Source: Schmidtea nova (taxonomy: Eukaryota). From it: a stretch of 64,000 nucleotides of DNA. Shown here piece by piece: positions 60,701 through 64,000 of the stretch; positions within the stretch are counted from its first letter, which is position 1, and every line of letters starts with the position of its first letter. The notes beneath the pieces were generated by a model. The model saw nothing but the letters and a program-made list of their open reading frames with translations, searched no databases and was not told the DNA's origin. A program made the position numbers and the translations under genes. Location: positions 157,480,001 through 157,544,000 of the forward strand of contig CM097882.1 of NCBI GenBank assembly GCA_044892505.1. Reading direction: 5' to 3'.

Positions 60701-63700
60701 TTCGTTAGTACATCGGTTTTCTGGTATTCTTGGTCTTTCCGGTAGTCTTGCTATCTCTTTTTTACATTTGTATGTATACATAACTTCTCCCACAATTCGA
60801 CCAAAATGTCCTTCTTGCAGTGGTAATAATGGTATTGCGTTATCTGGATTCGTTATAGCCATTGCTAATTTGGTTCTCAAGATTTCTATGTTCAATAGAC
60901 AATCGTTTTGTATCAAATCGTGATATACTTTCTCTGTGGTTGCCATACCTCTATGGTATAAGAAATCCATTTTATTATTTGCGTACAAATACGTTTTAAT
61001 GTCCACTTTATCTGGTTTTGGTGCTGCTTCAGCTATCACTGTTGTAGATAGGAAAATTCCTTTGTAATTCGTTTTTATTACTAGTCTTCCGCATTTACTG
61101 ACGGTTTCACCTTTGATAAATCTCATTCCCACTCCTGGATCTTTCGATATAATTGCTGTTGGTGTATTTACTAATTTAAGTCTTTCGGTTGTCTCTTTAT
61201 GCTGGAATGTTCTTGTTCTCTTGAGCTGTTCCATTTCTTGTCTGGTTGAATCATCTTTGGGTTCGTCATAAACTTTTCCTAGTATTTCCTCGAATTCAGC
61301 TTCTTGTAATAACATTAGTCGACATTTATTCGCATCTGCCTTATAAATCAATGTTGATGCACCGGTATTACACGAGGTATGTTCTGCAGAACAACTTGGG
61401 AATTTTCTCATTGATAGCGTGTCTGGATCAAAATATCCCGGATATGTTTCTAATTTCACTTGATACATTTCTATTACCACTACATTGCTGACCACTTTTC
61501 CAAATAGCGTGTATGCTCCTCCTGTACAGCTTCCGTCTGGTTTATTGACGTATCCAGCTGCATAAACTCTTGTTATTTTAATTGCTCCTGGTTGGGCAGC
61601 TACGATTATGTTTCCTGCTAACGATATCCGTTTTGAGGTAAATGCTTCATTGCACTTTTCGCTATCCAGTGATATTACGGTTGATTCCATTCCTGGTTCG
61701 ATAATTGTTGAATATGAATATTGTCCACAGTAATACGCAAATAACTTTCTCGTAACCGTGCATTCTCTTATTTCTGCTTTGATGAGGTCTGATTCCTGAT
61801 ACACGTTGTAACTTATTTTATTCACAATTCGTTCCAACTTTTTCGGCGTGGCTTGTTTACAATCTTCCGTATCTTTTAATGAATATTTCTCGCTAAGCTC
61901 GATTTTGTCACAATCGTATACCACAAACGCTGTTGCTCCCTTTATGCACATCATCCAAATTAATATTGTGGTCAATATCGCATTCATACTCTTCCCATAT
62001 GTTCTTTGATCGCGAAAATTCATTGATCCTTCGAATTCTGTTAATAATTCTCTCAACTTTACTTGCATGGTTTCCGTTTGATCTATTTTATCTACTGAGT
62101 TGATGAATATTTTCCAACCTCCTTGTTTCATTATATACGGCTCTATCAGTTTCTCAATGATTTCTGTTATAGTGAATATGTGACCATTGGGATTATATCT
62201 GGGTGTTCTTCGCTTGTACAAGACGATCATATTGTACATTAGATATGCCAAGCTTACTAAATATTTTGCTGGTTCGTTCGTGTTTTTTGTCAGTTTTTCG
62301 ATAATTTCTTTCATTTCTGCAGGATTTCTCAACGTCATTCGTACTTTTCCTTCGATGATTTTTGAGATTATTGATTTAATCGTTATCCATAGTTGTTTAG
62401 CTTCTTGTTGGATATGATCTCTTTTTAGCGCCCTTTTTATTTCTGGGTTTGCCAATGCAAGCATATCAGATACTAATTCATTTATCCATCGGATTCCTTG
62501 TTCGGTTATTGGTGTATTACCTTTCACTTGATTTGCAACTGTCACTAGTTTGCTTACTTTTAGTTGTAATTGTTCCGTCTTGCTTACTGATGTTGGTTTT
62601 TGATTTCTTTCTGTTTGATCTTTCGCCGGCCTCCCTCTTGGGCGTTTATCTATCATCGTTCCAGCTTCTCGTCTACTTGGCTGATTATTCGCGATTTCTC
62701 TAGATGTTGTTGCTCCTCTATCTGTGATCCAATTAATCCATTCTTCAGTTGTAGAATTTTCTCTTGCTCGTTTTTGTACTTTTTCTCGGTCAGTTTCATC
62801 ATCGGTTGCTGTGATTTTTTGCCGTTTTACCCAAGGAATTCTCTGGTCATCGGTTGTTGTTTCATTTTCTATATTTGAGAATAAATCCCCTGAGTAAAAT
62901 GCTGTTTCGTCGTTTTCTCTATTCGCAATATTTGTCAGTTCTTCTAATACGTCTTCATCAGTTGTTTCGACAATAATTTCACTTGCAGCTTCCGGTATTT
63001 CTGATTCGTCTAAATTTCCGAACAATTTTCTCATCTGAGTTCGATTTCCCTCTTTTCTGATTAGTTCATTGCCTGCAATTTTATAAACAGTTAAATGATT
63101 ACTTGTTCCGATTCGTATCGGGGTTACACCAATTTCTATCTCATCATCGAGTGATCTTCCTTCGTACTGTAGATGAAATGGTAATTCAAATGGCAGTTTC
63201 TTTTTAATCTCTTTCATTTTCATGGTTGCTAATACTTCCAGCTCTTCCTTTCCAAAGTCTGGAAAATGGATTTTTAATCCACATTTTTGCGGTTCGTCAC
63301 TTTCCCATTCCATTTGCCTCCATTTTCTTCTAAGCTCATCGAATTGTTCTGGATACCAAGTGTATACCCGTCCATATTCCTCGATTTCCTTCATGAGCAT
63401 TGTCATGGTTAATCTATCCTTGCCGTTCTCGAGAATCCATTTTGCTAATTCGACTACCGCTCTTCGTTGATTTTTGGCACCTTTTTCTAGAATATCGATT
63501 AACTGTCTACTTTTTTGGGCTTCAGTTCTCTCTAATACCTCAGGGTCCGTCAGTTCATCCATATCTACAGGACGTAATCTCGAGGTTGTTTCTTGTTTTC
63601 TCAGCACGCTGATTCTGGGAATTGTCAACTTTTCCCTTACGTCTTCCTCAATTTTGCATGAAACGTAAATATCTCCTTCACTTTGATATCGAGATTTTTT

Positions 63701-64000
63701 ATCTAATAGCAAGTGTTGCAAGATAAATTTTGGTGCTCCTGATGCTATATTTTCCTCTTTTCCTGGTTTATGATAGCAGCTGCTGAGCTTTTCTGGATAA
63801 ATTTCTTCACTATGACCCTTCTCTGAATTGTAGGATGATCCTATAGACAATGTTACTTTTTGATCTAACGGCCATGTTAATTCCTCGTCATTGATCCCTT
63901 TACAGATGATATAAAATAATGACGTATGGGTTCCTTTACCAACTCCATCTCCGTTTGGATAAATTCTCATTTTTAGTTTATATCCACCTGGGTAAGTGTA
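53468..64000 (-). CDS. Giant Ty3/Gypsy polyprotein (>3500 aa, 5'-incomplete): MATH - Bcl-2-like - Env - PR - RT - RH - IN - ANK - FN3-like
   Basis: Open from base 64000 (YTYPGGYKLKMRIYP...). DTGA protease (~59488), RT with YIDD (~58270), RNase H ATDASG...TDH, integrase HHCC plus D-D-E plus GPY; order PR-RT-RH-IN. Confidence 0.95.
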   Translation of the reverse strand, partial: YTYPGGYKLKMRIYPNGDGVGKGTHTSLFYIICKGINDEELTWPLDQKVTLSIGSSYNSEKGHSEEIYPEKLSSCYHKPGKEENIASGAPKFILQHLLLDKKSRYQSEGDIYVSCKIEEDVREKLTIPRISVLRKQETTSRLRPVDMDELTDPEVLERTEAQKSRQLIDILEKGAKNQRRAVVELAKWILENGKDRLTMTMLMKEIEEYGRVYTWYPEQFDELRRKWRQMEWESDEPQKCGLKIHFPDFGKEELEVLATMKMKEIKKKLPFELPFHLQYEGRSLDDEIEIGVTPIRIGTSNHLTVYKIAGNELIRKEGNRTQMRKLFGNLDESEIPEAASEIIVETTDEDVLEELTNIANRENDETAFYSGDLFSNIENETTTDDQRIPWVKRQKITATDDETDREKVQKRARENSTTEEWINWITDRGATTSREIANNQPSRREAGTMIDKRPRGRPAKDQTERNQKPTSVSKTEQLQLKVSKLVTVANQVKGNTPITEQGIRWINELVSDMLALANPEIKRALKRDHIQQEAKQLWITIKSIISKIIEGKVRMTLRNPAEMKEIIEKLTKNTNEPAKYLVSLAYLMYNMIVLYKRRTPRYNPNGHIFTITEIIEKLIEPYIMKQGGWKIFINSVDKIDQTETMQVKLRELLTEFEGSMNFRDQRTYGKSMNAILTTILIWMMCIKGATAFVVYDCDKIELSEKYSLKDTEDCKQATPKKLERIVNKISYNVYQESDLIKAEIRECTVTRKLFAYYCGQYSYSTIIEPGMESTVISLDSEKCNEAFTSKRISLAGNIIVAAQPGAIKITRVYAAGYVNKPDGSCTGGAYTLFGKVVSNVVVIEMYQVKLETYPGYFDPDTLSMRKFPSCSAEHTSCNTGASTLIYKADANKCRLMLLQEAEFEEILGKVYDEPKDDSTRQEMEQLKRTRTFQHKETTERLKLVNTPTAIISKDPGVGMRFIKGETVSKCGRLVIKTNYKGIFLSTTVIAEAAPKPDKVDIKTYLYANNKMDFLYHRGMATTEKVYHDLIQNDCLLNIEILRTKLAMAITNPDNAIPLLPLQEGHFGRIVGEVMYTYKCKKEIARLPERPRIPENRCTNELEIFYKGRSRFVQAVTRIINPPNYEPHQFNCSNAYGPMYDMGNGKWVVFPNRQIVSAPKRFGLTELTTEIEFKPIDISHSGVYRDADLEAARKHILFPTQRQAVLSNIIAITGGTNFVGSPNYELLLSPEHFKHATNNMMKAMWGKFLVFGQMMAGILGIILIIQIVRVIITQMLACFDIYKRERQINWKMALGFLPFLAKTMVLHGHSKDIHRIKRLIGILTKMKGTDEEIGRKFRFIMKNEAERTKYKETRRSGWKRWWDNRRKDSDDDDSDNDDKGNQGGANSGSNGTAPIWEAEKSKQWEGQNLPPMTYPNPQRPGTVREKTRAGLRMLPMPNFYPAHYEPNWAMIDPAILNRPDPTILNRPQSEEKNLETMTIAMMRTSAGPTLTIAIEINGVEMDAMIDTGANISAINMNMIPGMLWPCIEEAPMDVVTCNKESVKVIGKIWSDIKYKDVEMSTYLAVIKQLGASCIIGTDLMPELLKEIVIDLSTMRLKDKSGQICSMKTEVRCSKKIVVPGRTQMICFTKVKDTAVGEMIFEPNQNFEMRKELPLAREIVNVNKENEIPINITNFDEEDKIIYENERLGKLTPMLNIELPKIQEDESKVEELWVIDSEILNDTEKEQLKTVLLEFKDIFAASDLDLGTSDVTQHTIPLTDETPITLRPYRLAEAQEAVAEAEVQKMLDADVIEPSCSPWQFPVVMVKKKDGTQRFCIDYRQLNAVTKRDTYPLPDINEMLQTLHGAAYFTSLDLKSGYWQIKVKEEDREKTAFTIGKDLYQFKKMPFGLTNAPASFQRCMNFVTHGIKQYMVYIDDLLIYSGTFDQHLQDIQNVFIRLRQWKLKLKPSKCDWAKPKVTFLGHIVSAKGKEPDPRNIEKIKNCPIPKTITQIQEFLGLCGYYRKFIKNYAGIAKPVQELVKKDTPFIWGREQQNAFEALRDKLISSPILVHPDFKKPFLLATDASGYASGAVLGQWDEDGRERVIGYYSKTFRKHEKNYSVTEREALAIIQAIKHFKYLLWGHEIYITTDHQPLVWLGQHKEASSRLMRWAMQLQEYSPYIKLKSGKANANADCMSRFMFEELMDKDVRRICMIIAEDIDFTKLQQEQNEDEELKLIIEYLNKNDMKIFEHNSQLKEHMEKNRHKYTIEKGWLLAMDGEKRLMCLPESRRKDILMQYHDGKLGGHMSAKKTEARLKQKYFWPNIGEDVKEWIRNCLICATRKSTGSKMKTPLKPMPIPPEPMTMIAMDVVGPLPETNHGNVYILVITDYLTKFPEAFAMPDQKARTIAKILVEEICCRYGTPKQILTDQGTNFMSEIINEVTNYFRIAKLRTSPYHPQTNGQTERFNGILIEMMSNYVSKHQKDWDEYVNLCLMAYRMSIHSATKMSPFKLMYGRECNMPMDLEYQPPISQYMEIDDYVTKFKERMQEIWKVAGMNIRFNQESYKELHDKKRNVHEHQFKLGDWVIVETPEIIPGTAKKLQRTGKGPYEVIFVSKNNIRVKLVNNPLVRPIYVNVCRCKRVEKTATKEPEERRIMTRSQTRQICMLRKSKGCGCFGDTTFFAPKMRSPTLQIKQEITDDARIEHIKEMDLIIETAKEIMPEWTEGKHVFEIINGLNRIIDDYARGKATPKVINIIKERMPILFTMTDFNEKTPLNVALRKGEGKRAMEIIKLMERCGQHSNIKNWKGQTPLMLAVEEGGSKDLIEELLRTGSSIKERDNNNETVLSYVYRSPYYTIAKYLLSKASQEDIKILSLNPKPLLRAVMRKDEIVATKMIKWKDPLSGEGLMNVNNEFKNDKNVLMERALIENWTLPRVAKALLKRSDFRFTNKPNEEMKIKTKREKLLELVKEWRKKIKNKDKSYLHDDAGTLKCKMGEIKLDEQRIIKLYWEIIKDINVEDDILKETEGDLNDPDDGKSDDKDNDSNEQQLNDNNSDHGNHRNSDKWENKNNENEDENKENKNGQENSNYENRTVCLLKNPGKNTIIMTILLTMLNWVKAIDYIFDQRRAEARIVTDTENIWITNIKGELIIKICTVAIRKNGVSDHQKCIRTALAIGEEQKIEKLESGTTYIICVYRTNQIRAICAAKEKITKMGNERNKLEKIQSVTKTSTDENEEENEEEEQDKKIMMTIQNKTTIEVKEKEMMITNKVIEPITQICWIKTIHMQNKDRQLSCKFQMTGQIGKFRIPGLKPGTSYTICIRRIWTQKLCLEKLTKEIITTTTTTNGTTTYYPLIVETKSTEIILINNHDEVIKKVCWRKVDMNSGLDNPSKCYQQSVKGKEQMIIKELESKTTYLICIWRTLVPICQEHTTTEQIITSTESGREPVEKAIRLPRATITVTEKPTIVKGYRKEISISITPNRIQKETEKFFQNDIIKVKNVQGHLIARICIYEVKLQQEKCKSVSNKEEKSFIIM
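55480..55790 (-). other. Ankyrin repeats downstream of integrase
   Basis: EKTPLNVA, GQTPLMLAVEEG..DLIEELLRTGSSIKERDNNNETVLSY. Confidence 0.85.
60100..61987 (-). other. Signal peptide plus class III-like envelope glycoprotein with C-terminal TM
   Basis: MNAILTTILIWMMCIKGATA|FVVYDC...YSL.D...C...YQ...ECTV...YYCG.YS Cys pattern of chuvirus-G/gB-like proteins; TM FLVFGQMMAGILGIILIIQIVRVII. Confidence 0.75.
62090..62580 (-). other. Bcl-2-like helical domain within the polyprotein
   Basis: LIEPYIMKQGGWKIFI matches BH2 (Bcl-xL HLEPWIQENGGWDTFV); preceded by amphipathic helices; no NWGR. Confidence 0.6.
63647..64000 (-). other. TRAF-type MATH domain within the polyprotein
   Basis: GYKLKMRIYPNGDGVGKGTHTSLF...WP..QKVTL...KP..EENIASGAPKF. 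Confidence 0.9.

Noticed and set aside
52978-63668. Many short plus-strand ORFs opposite the polyprotein
   Set aside because: Hydrophobic shadow ORFs expected opposite an A-rich coding strand.
1-64000. tRNA, rRNA or snRNA genes
   Set aside because: No cloverleaf with A/B boxes and no rRNA or snRNA signature recognised by eye.

Overview
AT-rich animal genomic DNA with eight N gaps. The lineage is plausibly a triclad flatworm, which is an inference. One intact host gene is present: a six-exon PP1-beta-like phosphatase on the minus strand (22061-6331, 326 aa). Its two large introns hold a Penelope-like element with hammerhead ribozymes, piggyBac, mariner, hAT and pogo relics, and a Rab3 pseudogene. 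Most of the rest is transposon-derived, including Tc1/IS630, Merlin, Tigger and Gypsy relics. The main finding is a giant Gypsy-type LTR retroelement on the minus strand, running from beyond 64000 to about 48800. Its single polyprotein of over 3500 aa reads: TRAF-type MATH, possible CARD/Ubl, Bcl-2-like, signal peptide plus class III (gB/chuvirus-like) envelope, TM, PR, RT, RNaseH, IN, ankyrin repeats, second signal peptide plus four FN3-like repeats, then after a frameshift a TM and a Tyr-motif tail. Related multi-kb LTRs carry a palindromic TATA, covarying hairpins and small genes (an Arg-rich Rev/Tat-like ORF and a truncated ADAM-like ORF). A dispersed 240-nt structured repeat with compensatory base changes sits next to LTR boundaries. 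All protein family calls come from motif recognition by eye; no searches were run.
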